Part shown: positions 44,873-54,599 of the stretch, piece by piece | Position numbering within the stretch: the first letter of the stretch is position 1 | Layout of the letters: each line of letters begins with the position of its first letter | Assembly (NCBI GenBank): GCA_030950485.1 | Contig: JAUZRK010000015.1 | Span: forward strand, 2,010-66,009 | From: Candidatus Dojkabacteria bacterium | GTDB taxonomy: Bacteria > Patescibacteriota > Dojkabacteria > J137 | Reading direction: 5' to 3' | DNA: 64,000 nt | The notes under the pieces: model-generated | The model's input: only the letters and a program-made list of their open reading frames with translations | Told to the model about the DNA's origin: nothing | Database searches by the model: none | Translations under genes and position numbers: made by a program

Positions 44873-45277
44873 ATGGAAATATTATTTATAATTTATATCG
44901 TTACAGTTTTATCACTTTCTTGGGGAAGCTTACTATTTATTTTTCTTAAAAATAAAAAACTTCTTGATATCGAACTCGATAAGCCTAACTTTATTTATAA
45001 GGAGAGCTTAGCTTCTAAAGTAGGTAGGTTAAAGACTTCTTATCCTCTTTCAAAGATACGAGTTTATAATGATCTATTAGTTATTAGAGGCTATAAAAGT
45101 ATATCTCTAAAGCCTGATGAGATAGAAAGTATAAGTTTAAATAAAGAAATCATAGGAAGATCAATAATAATCATTCATTCTAAGTCAGGCATAAATAGAA
45201 AAATAAATCTGTGGTCAGCAAATATAGATTATCTATTCGAGCTTCTAGATAAGGCTTTCAGACAAAATACTGGATAA
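44873..45277 (+). CDS. Membrane-anchored hypothetical protein (PH-like C-terminal domain)
   Basis: N-terminal TM helix; TATAAT 6 nt upstream of the ATG. Confidence 0.65.
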   Translation: MEILFIIYIVTVLSLSWGSLLFIFLKNKKLLDIELDKPNFIYKESLASKVGRLKTSYPLSKIRVYNDLLVIRGYKSISLKPDEIESISLNKEIIGRSIIIIHSKSGINRKINLWSANIDYLFELLDKAFRQNTG

Positions 45278-45328
45278 ACTAAGCTCATAGGTATATTATG
45301 TACAATACAATTTTTTACCCTTTTAAAC

Positions 45329-46840
45329 GTGAATAAAAAAGTAATCTTATTAATCTTAGATGGTTGGGGTCTTACTGAACCTGACAAATATAACGCAGTT
45401 GATAATGCAAAAACTCCAGTAATAGATAAATTAATTCATGAATATCCTAATACAAGACTGAAATCGGATGGTCTTTCTGTTGGATTACCCGAGGGACAAT
45501 TTGGTACCTCAGAGATAAACCATCAAGTTATTGGTACAGGGCAAGTGGTCTTGCAAGATTTACCACGCATAGATACAGCAATAGAAGATGAATCATTTTT
45601 TAGTAATGATGAGCTAGTAAAAGCGTGTAACCACATAAAGGATAGTGGAGGTGCACTTCACTTAACAGGTATTATTTCAGATGGAAAAGTACATTGTTCT
45701 TTAGATCATCTCCTAGCACTAATAGAGCTAGCATCAAAACAAAACGTAAAGAATCTATATATTCATGCTTTCTTAGATGGTAGAGATGCTGCACCGAAAT
45801 CTGCAAAAAAGTACTTAAAAATAGTCCAAGATAAAATAAATGAATATAAATTTGAGAATGCATCAATTGCTACTATTCAAGGAAGATTTTTTCTAGACAG
45901 AGACAGGGACTGGTCAAAAACAGAAACTGCTTTATCTTTAATGGTAGATGGCGAGGGGGTAAATTATTCAAGTTATGAGACATTAATAAATTTTACATAT
46001 AACCAGAGTATTACTGACGAATTCTTCCCCCAATCGGTAATTGATAAGGATGGTTTAATTAAAGCTGGTGATAGCGTTGTTTTTTTTCACTATAGATCAG
46101 ATCGAATGTTTCAAATTCAAAGAAGACTAATAGATAGAAAAATAAAAGATTTAAATATAGTAAGTTTCATTAGTGTATTTCAAGAAGAAGAAACAGGTAT
46201 TGCTTTCCCAAGAAAGAAGATTGAAGTAAATTTATCTGGAACAATTTCTAAGAGTGAGAAAAAACAAATTCATATTACAGAAACTGAGAAATATACACAT
46301 TTAACATTTTTCTTTAACGCAGGGAGAGACGTAGAATATCCACTAGAAGAGTGGCTTTTACATCCATCAGATAGATTTGTTAAACCTTTTTATAACTTTT
46401 CACCAAGTATGCAATCAGATAAGATTACTGAATCAATAATAGAATCTGTCGACAAAGAATATGATTTTATTCTTGTGAATTTCTCAAACCCAGACATGGT
46501 GGGACACACTGGTAACTATGAAGCAGCTGTTGTAGCGATAGAAAATGTAGATTATTGTGTAGGGAAAGTTTATGAAAAAATTAAAGATAAGCTAGATGAA
46601 TACGCACTAATAATACTTTCTGATCACGGTAATAGTGACGTTATGTGGGATTACGAGAATAACCAACCTCATACACAACACACAACATCACCTGTTCCAT
46701 TTATTTTAGTCACTGATTTAGGTGTAAAATTACATAGAAGAGATACTTTAGCAGATGTAGCACCTACAATTCTTGACCTAATGGGAGTTTCAGTTCCTAA
46801 AGAGATGGAAGGTGAATCATTAATTATTAAAGATAAGTAA
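45329..46840 (+). CDS. gpmI: 2,3-bisphosphoglycerate-independent phosphoglycerate mutase
   Basis: LILDGWG, GLPEGQFGTSE, LDGRD, ETEKYTH, NPDMVGHTG, SDHGN, HTQHT. Confidence 0.95.
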   Translation: MNKKVILLILDGWGLTEPDKYNAVDNAKTPVIDKLIHEYPNTRLKSDGLSVGLPEGQFGTSEINHQVIGTGQVVLQDLPRIDTAIEDESFFSNDELVKACNHIKDSGGALHLTGIISDGKVHCSLDHLLALIELASKQNVKNLYIHAFLDGRDAAPKSAKKYLKIVQDKINEYKFENASIATIQGRFFLDRDRDWSKTETALSLMVDGEGVNYSSYETLINFTYNQSITDEFFPQSVIDKDGLIKAGDSVVFFHYRSDRMFQIQRRLIDRKIKDLNIVSFISVFQEEETGIAFPRKKIEVNLSGTISKSEKKQIHITETEKYTHLTFFFNAGRDVEYPLEEWLLHPSDRFVKPFYNFSPSMQSDKITESIIESVDKEYDFILVNFSNPDMVGHTGNYEAAVVAIENVDYCVGKVYEKIKDKLDEYALIILSDHGNSDVMWDYENNQPHTQHTTSPVPFILVTDLGVKLHRRDTLADVAPTILDLMGVSVPKEMEGESLIIKDK

Positions 46841-46911
46841 GAAGTCAGAATTCAAAAGTCAAAATTGTTAAGATTTTGACTTTTAACTTTTTATTTTTAA
46901 CTTATTTTTTC

Positions 46912-48156
46912 ATGAAAATTAAATCAATTAAAGCAAGACAAATCATTGACTCTAGAGCAAATCCAACTCTAGAAGTAGACATGTACTTAGAAGATGGCTC
47001 TTTTGGAAGAGCAGCAGTACCAAGTGGTGCTTCAACAGGAGTACACGAGGCACTTGAACTAAGAGATGGCGATAAATCTGATTACTTAGGTAAGTCAGTT
47101 CATAAGGCAGTTTCTAACGTAAATGAAACTATTTCAAATAAAATCATAGGTGAAGATTTTGGAACTCAAGAATCTTTAGATAAAATGCTTTTAGACTTAG
47201 ATGGAACTGAAAATAAATCTAGTCTAGGTGCTAATGCTATCTTAGGTGTTTCATTAGCTTTTGCTCATGCAGTAGCAGCTTCTAAAAAACTTCCATTATT
47301 TAAACATATCGAAAGTATATATGGCGGTACAGCTAAGATGCCAAGGCCAATGTTTAATATTATGAATGGAGGAAAGCACGCAAACTGGTCAACTGATATC
47401 CAAGAGTTCATGGTGATTATAGAAAATAGAAGCTACGAAGAACAGTTAAGAGCAGGTTGCGAAATCTTTCTAAATTTAGAAAAACTTTTGAAATCTAAAG
47501 GGTTAGCTACAAATGTTGGTAATGAAGGAGGATTTGCACCAGGTTTTGCAAATAACGAAGATGCAATCTCAAATATATCTGAGGCTGTTGATAACGCAGG
47601 ATATAAATTAGGGACTGATGTATTCTTTGCGCTTGATGTTGCATCTAGCGAATTCTTCGATAAAGAAACTGAAAAGTATACACTTAAGACTGAAAATAGA
47701 GTATTAAGTAAAGATGAATGGCTAGAGACTTTAGTTAACTGGGTAAATAAATATCCAATTGTAAGTCTTGAGGATGGTTTTGATGAAGATGATTGGTCAA
47801 CATGGGCTAAATTTACAGATAGAGTTGGAGATAAAATTCAAATTGTTGGAGATGATCTTTTAGTTACAAATGCTAAAAGAGTAAAAAGAGCCATTGAAGA
47901 AAAATCTTGTAATTCATTATTAGTCAAAGTTAATCAAATTGGAACATTAACTGAAACATTTGAGGCTATGAAGGCTTCAGAGGCAGCTGGTTGGACTAAT
48001 GTGATTTCTCACAGAAGTGGAGAAACAGAGGACGTTACTATTTCTCATATAGCTGCAGGAACTGGAGCTGGACAAATTAAAATAGGTGCTCCTTCAAGAG
48101 GGGAGAGAACTGCTAAATTTAATGAGTTATTGAGAATTAGCGAGGTTATTTATTAA
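46912..48156 (+). CDS. eno: Enolase
   Basis: IDSRANPT, VPSGASTG, SHRSGETED, GQIK..RGER; ATG at 46912 preferred to TTG at 46876. Confidence 0.97.
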   Translation: MKIKSIKARQIIDSRANPTLEVDMYLEDGSFGRAAVPSGASTGVHEALELRDGDKSDYLGKSVHKAVSNVNETISNKIIGEDFGTQESLDKMLLDLDGTENKSSLGANAILGVSLAFAHAVAASKKLPLFKHIESIYGGTAKMPRPMFNIMNGGKHANWSTDIQEFMVIIENRSYEEQLRAGCEIFLNLEKLLKSKGLATNVGNEGGFAPGFANNEDAISNISEAVDNAGYKLGTDVFFALDVASSEFFDKETEKYTLKTENRVLSKDEWLETLVNWVNKYPIVSLEDGFDEDDWSTWAKFTDRVGDKIQIVGDDLLVTNAKRVKRAIEEKSCNSLLVKVNQIGTLTETFEAMKASEAAGWTNVISHRSGETEDVTISHIAAGTGAGQIKIGAPSRGERTAKFNELLRISEVIY

Positions 48157-48163
48157 TAACCCT

Positions 48164-48712
48164 ATGTTTACATACATTACATCTAACGTTAATAAAATTA
48201 AATCAGCTACTGAAAGACTTTCTAAGGAAGGTATAGAATTTAGACATGAATCAATTGATTTAGTAGAGATTCAGTCTAGAGATACTAACGAAATTGCACA
48301 CTATAAATTAAAGTTCGCTAGTAAGCAGATTAAAGGAGCAATACTTATAAATGACGTAGAATGGAGAATCCCTGCGCTTAACGGCTTTCCTGGACCTTAC
48401 GCGCATGATGTTTTTAAATGGTTGGATGAAAAAGATATATTGCGTTTAATGAATGAACTGAAAGATAGAAGAATAATTTTAAATTCCACTCTTGGATATA
48501 AAGATAATGATACAGAGATAATCTTTAATAATGAGAGAGAAGGTGAAATTTTAAAAGTAGCCTCAGGTATAGGAAAGTTTAATTTAGATAGGATTATTTC
48601 ATTTAGAGCAGACAAACTGTCTATAGCCTACTGTGAGGATAATAGCTTAGAAAAACATGATGATAAATCATCGGCATGGGATAAATTTATAGAATGGTAT
48701 TTTAAAAAATAA
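48164..48712 (+). CDS. Non-canonical purine NTP pyrophosphatase (Ham1/RdgB family)
   Basis: TSNVNK, EIQ, ALNGFPGPY, G.F..D. Confidence 0.85.
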   Translation: MFTYITSNVNKIKSATERLSKEGIEFRHESIDLVEIQSRDTNEIAHYKLKFASKQIKGAILINDVEWRIPALNGFPGPYAHDVFKWLDEKDILRLMNELKDRRIILNSTLGYKDNDTEIIFNNEREGEILKVASGIGKFNLDRIISFRADKLSIAYCEDNSLEKHDDKSSAWDKFIEWYFKK

Positions 48713-48713
48713 A

Positions 48714-49165
48714 CTACCTTTTGTCATCAACCCATTCATTAGATTCTCCTGCGACCCATTTTCCTCTTTGACTATCACCTAATTTTTTACTTCTTTAAAG
48801 ATTGGAGTTTCATACCTTAAAAGTACACCTTGAATTAACCTTTCCCCTTTTTTAATTTCAACTACTTTGTCAGTAATATTCATTAATTGCGCAACAGCTT
48901 CTTCATCATTCCCTCTATAAAATGGATCCCATACTCCAACTCCATTGGCTAATACTAAGCCTTTCTTTGAAGGTGTTCCACTTCTAGAAAATAGTAATAT
49001 TACAAAACCTTCAGGTATTTCTATAGCATTATTTAGAGGAACTACTCCAATTTTCCCAGGTTCAATTGATACATCTAATCTACAATAGAAATCAAACCCA
49101 GCTGCCATATTTTTTAATTCTATGTCTGGTAGCGTTTTATCAAACTTTTTATATTTTATATTCAT
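48714..49165 (-). CDS. dut: dUTP diphosphatase (trimeric type), probable frameshift in A-run at about 48783
   Basis: AAGFDF, SRSG, NGVGVWDPFYRG, RLIQ; alternative frame continues LGDSQRGKW... Confidence 0.85.
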
Positions 49166-49200
49166 TAATAGATGCAGACTTATTCTAAGATTTTATCATT

Positions 49201-49230
49201 AAAAAAAAGGTAGGGAAAACCCTACCTTTT
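49201..49230 (-). terminator. Intrinsic terminator
   Basis: aaaaggtaggg-aaaa-ccctacctttt with 8-T tract on the minus strand. Confidence 0.8.
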
Positions 49231-49253
49231 ATTTTTAATATTAATATAACGCT

Positions 49254-50000
49254 TTAAATTGTATAAAAAACCTTTTTAAAAATGTTTGCTGAATGGATAA
49301 AATATTGATCATTAGAAATTTCTAAATATTTCAATCTATTATTACTGAAATCTAGAGTTACAACATGACCATCAAAGATTAAAATATCTAAGTCCTTTGT
49401 AAGTGAATTATTTTTATCTACTTTATAATCATAACTTGTGTATCGCTCCTTTAGCCATTCTCCTGCATCTGATTTATTAGAAACAACTATTTGTTTTAAC
49501 TCTGAGTTTTTTTCCTTTTGGGCATTTTTAATTTTTTGACCATTCTCAGAAAAGAATTCGTGAGTTTTGTTGTAATCTGTATAAGAAAGCATTACTGATG
49601 AATTAAGAGCCCTTGAATATGCATCTCTAGCCATTTGAAATGCCTTCAATCCTTCAAATTCTACAACAGTTAGTAATTTACTATTAGCATCAGTATCCTT
49701 CGATATTGACGGATTTACATTCTTAGCAATAATTAATCTAATATATTGGCTTAAACTTATATGCTCATCATTAGCCCTTTTACCAAGCTCTGAATAAAGC
49801 TTTGGATCTAGAAGGATTTGATACTTAATTATATCATCTGAATCATTTACCTCAGGTAGTTCTGAAGCATCGATATTCTCATTCTTAGCTCTTTTTAGCC
49901 AGATTCTAATAAGCGCAGATTTAGTAATACCTTTCTTATTAGAGGAAGATAACAATAAATCGTGTAAATTTTTATCTAAATTTATCTGTAGTCTTCTCAT
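49254..50000 (-). CDS. Putative transcription regulator: two ribbon-helix-helix units plus TrmB-like C-terminal domain
   Basis: MRRLQINLD...GITKSALIR and KYQILLD...ISLSQYIR repeats; FEGLKAF..., DILIFDGHVV..F. Confidence 0.6.
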   Translation of the reverse strand: MRRLQINLDKNLHDLLLSSSNKKGITKSALIRIWLKRAKNENIDASELPEVNDSDDIIKYQILLDPKLYSELGKRANDEHISLSQYIRLIIAKNVNPSISKDTDANSKLLTVVEFEGLKAFQMARDAYSRALNSSVMLSYTDYNKTHEFFSENGQKIKNAQKEKNSELKQIVVSNKSDAGEWLKERYTSYDYKVDKNNSLTKDLDILIFDGHVVTLDFSNNRLKYLEISNDQYFIHSANIFKKVFYTI

Positions 50001-50218
50001 ATATTACTATTATATCATATTACGTATAAAATATCTTTCACTACTAGGATTATAAGACATAGGCAAGACTTCTGTAACTTTTTTGCATAATTTTTACAGA
50101 GTTATAAAAAATGTAAACTTTATTTAAATACTTGATTAGAAAGTAAGTAGCAGAATAAGCAGCAGGAAAACATATTGATAATTAATTAGGTTGTTTATTT
50201 GCATTTTATGTAAGAATT

Positions 50219-50773
50219 CTATAACTCCTTGGATTTTCTTTTAAAGTGTCCGAAGTCAGTTATAGTAAATACACCAACATGTCTTTGGGAGAAAGATAAT
50301 CCGAGTATATTTGAATCATCATCTATAATAAGTTCTGTTGTATCACAGTGCAATAACTGTATTGCTTTATCAGAATTTTTGTAAAGAGAAAATACAATTC
50401 TTCCAAATTCTTCTACTCCTGTTACTATTTGACCTAGCATCTCTAGACTTCCAGGCTTGCCATATGATCTCCTATTAGAAATAGCCTTTTTGTCATCTCC
50501 TCTTTCCTTTATAAAGTTTATCTGGGTTCGCTGTATATCGACATCTTGGGGCAATATGTGTACTCTAACTATGAAATCTGTAGATTTAATAGCATCTAAT
50601 AGAGTAATATCATCGTATTCTTCACCTAAATTAGTTTTACTAAAGAATTCATTTATATAAATACTTATACTTTCACTTCCAAGATTAGTACCATCTTCTA
50701 TTACAAGAGATTTCTAAATAGAAGGAGAGTCATTGTCAGTTTTTCTTTCTAATTGGTAATCATTAAATGGCAT
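50219..50773 (-). pseudogene. Hypothetical protein with in-frame TAG at 50714-50716
   Basis: ATG at 50773 is in frame with ORF 50219-50554; only one stop lies between. Confidence 0.55.
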
Positions 50774-50790
50774 TATTACCTATTAATAAA

Positions 50791-52496
50791 TCAATTTTGT
50801 TTAGTTCTTTTTGTAAAGTTAGCAATTAAGAAAAATAGATTTAATACACCTATTCTTCCAAATAGCATTAAGGTTATCATTACCCATTTAGATCCAATAC
50901 TGAAAGCTGCATAGCCTCCGGCTGGACCCTCATTTATAGCTCCAAAGAAGTCTGTTGGTCCAATATTTCCAAGATTTGCAATTGAAGCATTAAAGGCTGT
51001 AGCGAAGTCTATGAATTTTGAATCAAAGATTAAAATTAATATACCTCCTGCTATAAACAATATAAAGTAAAAAGCTATGTTTACAGTGATTAAAGACATA
51101 TCTCGTCTATTAAATTTACTCTCATCAATTTTTATATCTTGAAACTCATGCTTTCCTGATATAAAGTTACTAACTTCATTTTAATGTTGATAAAAAAAGC
51201 AATAAACCTTTTTACTTTAAGCCCTCCTCCAGTAGATCCAACTGTTCCACCTACAAAATAAACTATGAAAAGAATAGTTACAGCAATTATTGGCCACCCT
51301 GTAAAATCCCAATTTTCTAGTCCTGTAGTAGAAATTACAGTACCAACAGCAAAGAACGAGTATCTTAAAGTTTCTTCAATATTTGAATAATAATTATAGT
51401 GCCACAGGGTTAATGCTATTAGGCCGGATATTAAAAAGCTTAAAGCTATATATACTTTCATTTCTGTATTTTTCCAAAATGCTTTTTTATCTTTCTTGTA
51501 AAAGAATATATACCAAACTCCAGAATTTGCACCACTAGCAAACATAAAGAAAGTAATTATCCATTCCGAGACTGGGTTCTGAAGTCCCCCCATTATAAAA
51601 TGACCACTTTCATCAAGAATAAGTTCCCCATTCTCAGACACCTCAGGTAGACCTGCGATGTTTCCGTAGTGACTAAATCCTCCAGTACCTAATGTTGAAA
51701 ATGAATGTGTAATAGAATCATAAGCATTATCATACCAATGTTCGTAAGGCTGTTGTCTAAAGAATTGTCCCGAGATTAACATTAGAACAATCATTATAAG
51801 TGTTAATAGGCCGTAAGTTTTTATAAAGTCAAATCCTGAGTTTCTTGCTTCATGTTCATCTTTAAATTCTGTAGCTTCAGGTGATTCAACTTCTGCATTT
51901 ATTAGATTAAATCTACTATATTTAAAATTATTTAATAGCGTTATGGTCATATATACAAGTCCCATTCCTCCAATCCAGTGAGAGACTGTTCTCCACATTA
52001 GTACACTTCTTGGTAATGATTCAATATCTAACAAAATAGTTGACCCTGTTGTAGTTAATCCAGACATTGATTCAAAGAACCCATCAGTAAAGACTCTCAT
52101 CGCACTAAAGGTCTATCCAGTAGGAGAGTTTGGATATCCAGCTAAAATAAATACTATTGCAGAAATTAAACTAGCTATTATCCAAGCATTAACAACTATT
52201 AAGACTGATAACTTAAAATCTATTTTTCTTTCGAAAATATGGTGCCCGTGTAAGTAGTGTCCAATACCAAATAAAATAGCAGCTATACCCGAACCTATAA
52301 ATGTCGGCAGCAGATTCTCGTCTTCAAATCTATTATCATTTATAACTAAATAGAAAAAGCCTATCCCTGCACTGAAAAGTAATCCAAGGAATATACTTAA
52401 TTGAAAGTGCAGTGCTACTATTATCGAATAAAATATGTTTTCATTATATGGTAACTTTTTATCAGTAATAATAACCTTACTTATTAAATAAATCAA
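50791..52496 (-). pseudogene. trkH: TrkH-family K+ uptake permease, split by in-frame TAG (52113-52115) and frameshift (about 51190)
   Basis: FESMSGLTTTGST, WIGGMG, STLGTGGFS, STTG, GGTVGSTGGGLKV, NLGNIGP, MLFGR. Confidence 0.9.
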
Positions 52497-52620
52497 TTAG
52501 TTACATAGGCTATAGAAATTAATTGATAATAAATCTTTTTGAAGTTATAATTTTTTTGCTAAAGAGGAAAAGATAACGGTTCAGTGAAAATTAAAAACTA
52601 AAGTGTATAAATTAAAACAT

Positions 52621-52695
52621 GGCCCTATCGTTTAACGGTTAGGACACTAGATTCTCAATCTAGCAATCCGGGTTCGATTCCCGGTGGGGTCACCA
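52621..52695 (+). tRNA. tRNA-Glu (CTC) with encoded CCA
   Basis: GGCCCTATCGTTTAACGGTTAGGAC, anticodon arm CTAGA-TTCTCAA-TCTAG, CCGGGTTCGATTCCCGG, ACCA end. Confidence 0.96.
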
Positions 52696-52712
52696 TAATC
52701 AAATATTCCCAA

Positions 52713-53006
52713 CTAGGTTTTAGTATTTTTCTTCGTGAATTTTTCTGGTACAAAATTAGGATATTCTCGAAGTTTTTTCACAAACAACTCATATGAATAA
52801 TCATATTCAGTTAACATTTTAATCACCTCTTCTTCTGATAAAGCTTTACTTTCACTTTTATTTTCTTCCATCCCACTATTTAAAGACAGTGTAAAACTAC
52901 CTCCATTAACTGGCCAGATACCCCATTCTTGATCAAGATACCTTGATACGAAGAAATAGCCTTTTTTAATTTTCTTTAAAAACCTTTTTGCCTGTGCTTC
53001 TGTCAT
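52713..53006 (-). CDS. Hypothetical protein
   Basis: 97-aa ORF with A-rich upstream region, no motif recognised. Confidence 0.55.
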   Translation of the reverse strand: MTEAQAKRFLKKIKKGYFFVSRYLDQEWGIWPVNGGSFTLSLNSGMEENKSESKALSEEEVIKMLTEYDYSYELFVKKLREYPNFVPEKFTKKNTKT

Positions 53007-53187
53007 ATTTTGTTTATAAATATATACATTTAAATCTTAATATGCAAGATAGTAGACGTCAACTAAGCTTATAATAAATACTCTGATCTGAGTTAATATC
53101 ATATGAAAACATAGTCCCTTTAAATTCATACTAGATTCATTCAATGCATGTAATATATATTTATTAATTAATTTTATTACATTCAGT

Positions 53188-53872
53188 ATGAATACTAGTT
53201 CAAAAAGTGCTCTGATTTTTGGAATACCCTTATTAATTATATTCGTATTCTATATTTTTTCTGGTAGTGATAGCGATGATAATTTAGAAGATACTATAAG
53301 TAATGATGTAGATAATTTTATTGAACACGAAACTCCAGAGCCTGAATACGTTGTTAATAAAAATGATCTTGTTAACCATAGTGAAGTTTTAGATATAGAT
53401 AAGACTCTGAATTAAGTGAAGAGGAGATCTCAGATCTTATATATATGAGGGAGGAAGAAAAACTAGCACATGACGTATATGTAACTTTATATGAGCAATG
53501 GAAAAAAACGTTTTTAATAATATTTCAAAAAGTGAAATAACTCATACAGAGTCAATTAAAACTTTGTTAGATGCATATGAGATAAATGATCCATTTATAG
53601 AAGGAGTAGGTGAATTTACAAACAAAGATCTGTCAGCACTTTATGATCAACTAACAGTATATGAAAATCTACAAAGAGGTTCGCGAAATCATTTAAGAGC
53701 TTTTGTTAAAAATCTGAATAATTATGGAGAAGATTATTCCCCAAGTTATATTTCTAAAGAAGAATTTAATCTAATTATTTCTGGGGAAAATGAAATAGGC
53801 CAGGGATCATCAGGCAATCAAGATGATGGATCTGGACTAAGTAGAGGAAGCGGGTATAAAAATATTAGGTAA
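53188..53872 (+). pseudogene. DUF2202 ferritin-like protein with N-terminal anchor; two frameshifts and an apparent internal deletion
   Basis: LIYMREEEKLAHDVY..LY in the intermediate frame, FNNISKSE..H, VYENLQRGSRNHLRAF. Confidence 0.8.
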
Positions 53873-53952
53873 TTAGCCCTATCAATAAAATAATAGATAA
53901 GCGGTTGTTTTTTAGCTATTTATTTTTTCTTTCTTTCTTCTTGATAAATTTC

Positions 53953-53997
53953 AAACTGTTTAATATACTATACCCTATATAGTATATTAAACAGTTT
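53953..53997. promoter_or_regulatory. CsoR/CstR-type operator palindrome
   Basis: 20-bp perfect arms aaactgtttaatatactata/tatagtatattaaacagttt around CCCTA, ending 2 nt before the repressor ATG. Confidence 0.75.
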
Positions 53998-53999
53998 TT

Positions 54000-54248
54000 A
54001 TGAAAGAACTAGAGAACAGAGTAAATAGAATCATAGGTCAATTAGAGTCAGTTAAAAAAGAGATTACAAAAGAGAACTATGACTGTGGACAAATTGTTCA
54101 GCAAGTAAAAGCTATCTCAGGCTCTATAAAATCATTTGGGAAAGCCTTTGCAGAGGAAGATATTAAAGCCTGCATGAATAAGGATTTATCAAAAGAGGAA
54201 ATTAAAGAAAGACTAGAAACTATTCTAGATGTCGCATTTAAATATTAA
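54000..54248 (+). CDS. CsoR/RcnR/FrmR-family repressor, CstR-like
   Basis: RVNRIIGQLESV...DCGQIVQQVKAI...EEDIKAC (two Cys; His ligand position is Asp). Confidence 0.85.
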   Translation: MKELENRVNRIIGQLESVKKEITKENYDCGQIVQQVKAISGSIKSFGKAFAEEDIKACMNKDLSKEEIKERLETILDVAFKY

Positions 54249-54260
54249 TAAATAATAAGT

Positions 54261-54578
54261 ATGGATACTATTAGCGTAAAAGAATTAAAAGAAAAATTGA
54301 AGAATATGTCTGAAGATGAAATTGTAGTTGATGTACGAACTCAGGCTGAGTTTTCAGAAGTAAGAATAGATGATCCAAAGGTTATAAATATAGAGCTGAG
54401 TACAGTTATTCATAATGCTGAAGCTTTAGAAGGCAAGAAAGCATACTTAATCTGTAATAGTTGAAGTCGTAGTTATATGGCGCAACTTTTACTTGCAAAT
54501 AAGGGAATTCAAGCTGTAAATATTGACGGTGGAATGGTTTTATGGATAGAGCCTAAATATCCAGTAATAAAAGATTAA
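54261..54578 (+). pseudogene. Single-domain rhodanese with in-frame TGA (54462-54464) in the active-site loop
   Basis: VDVRTQAEF, ICNS*SRS, NIDGGMVLW continuing in frame to TAA at 54578. Confidence 0.85.
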
Positions 54579-54599
54579 TTTAGATTTTTAAAGTAAATT

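Noticed and set aside
54462-54464. Selenocysteine in the rhodanese
   Set aside because: The UGA aligns with the Gly of CxxGxRS; the catalytic Cys is already encoded by TGT, and no obvious SECIS hairpin follows
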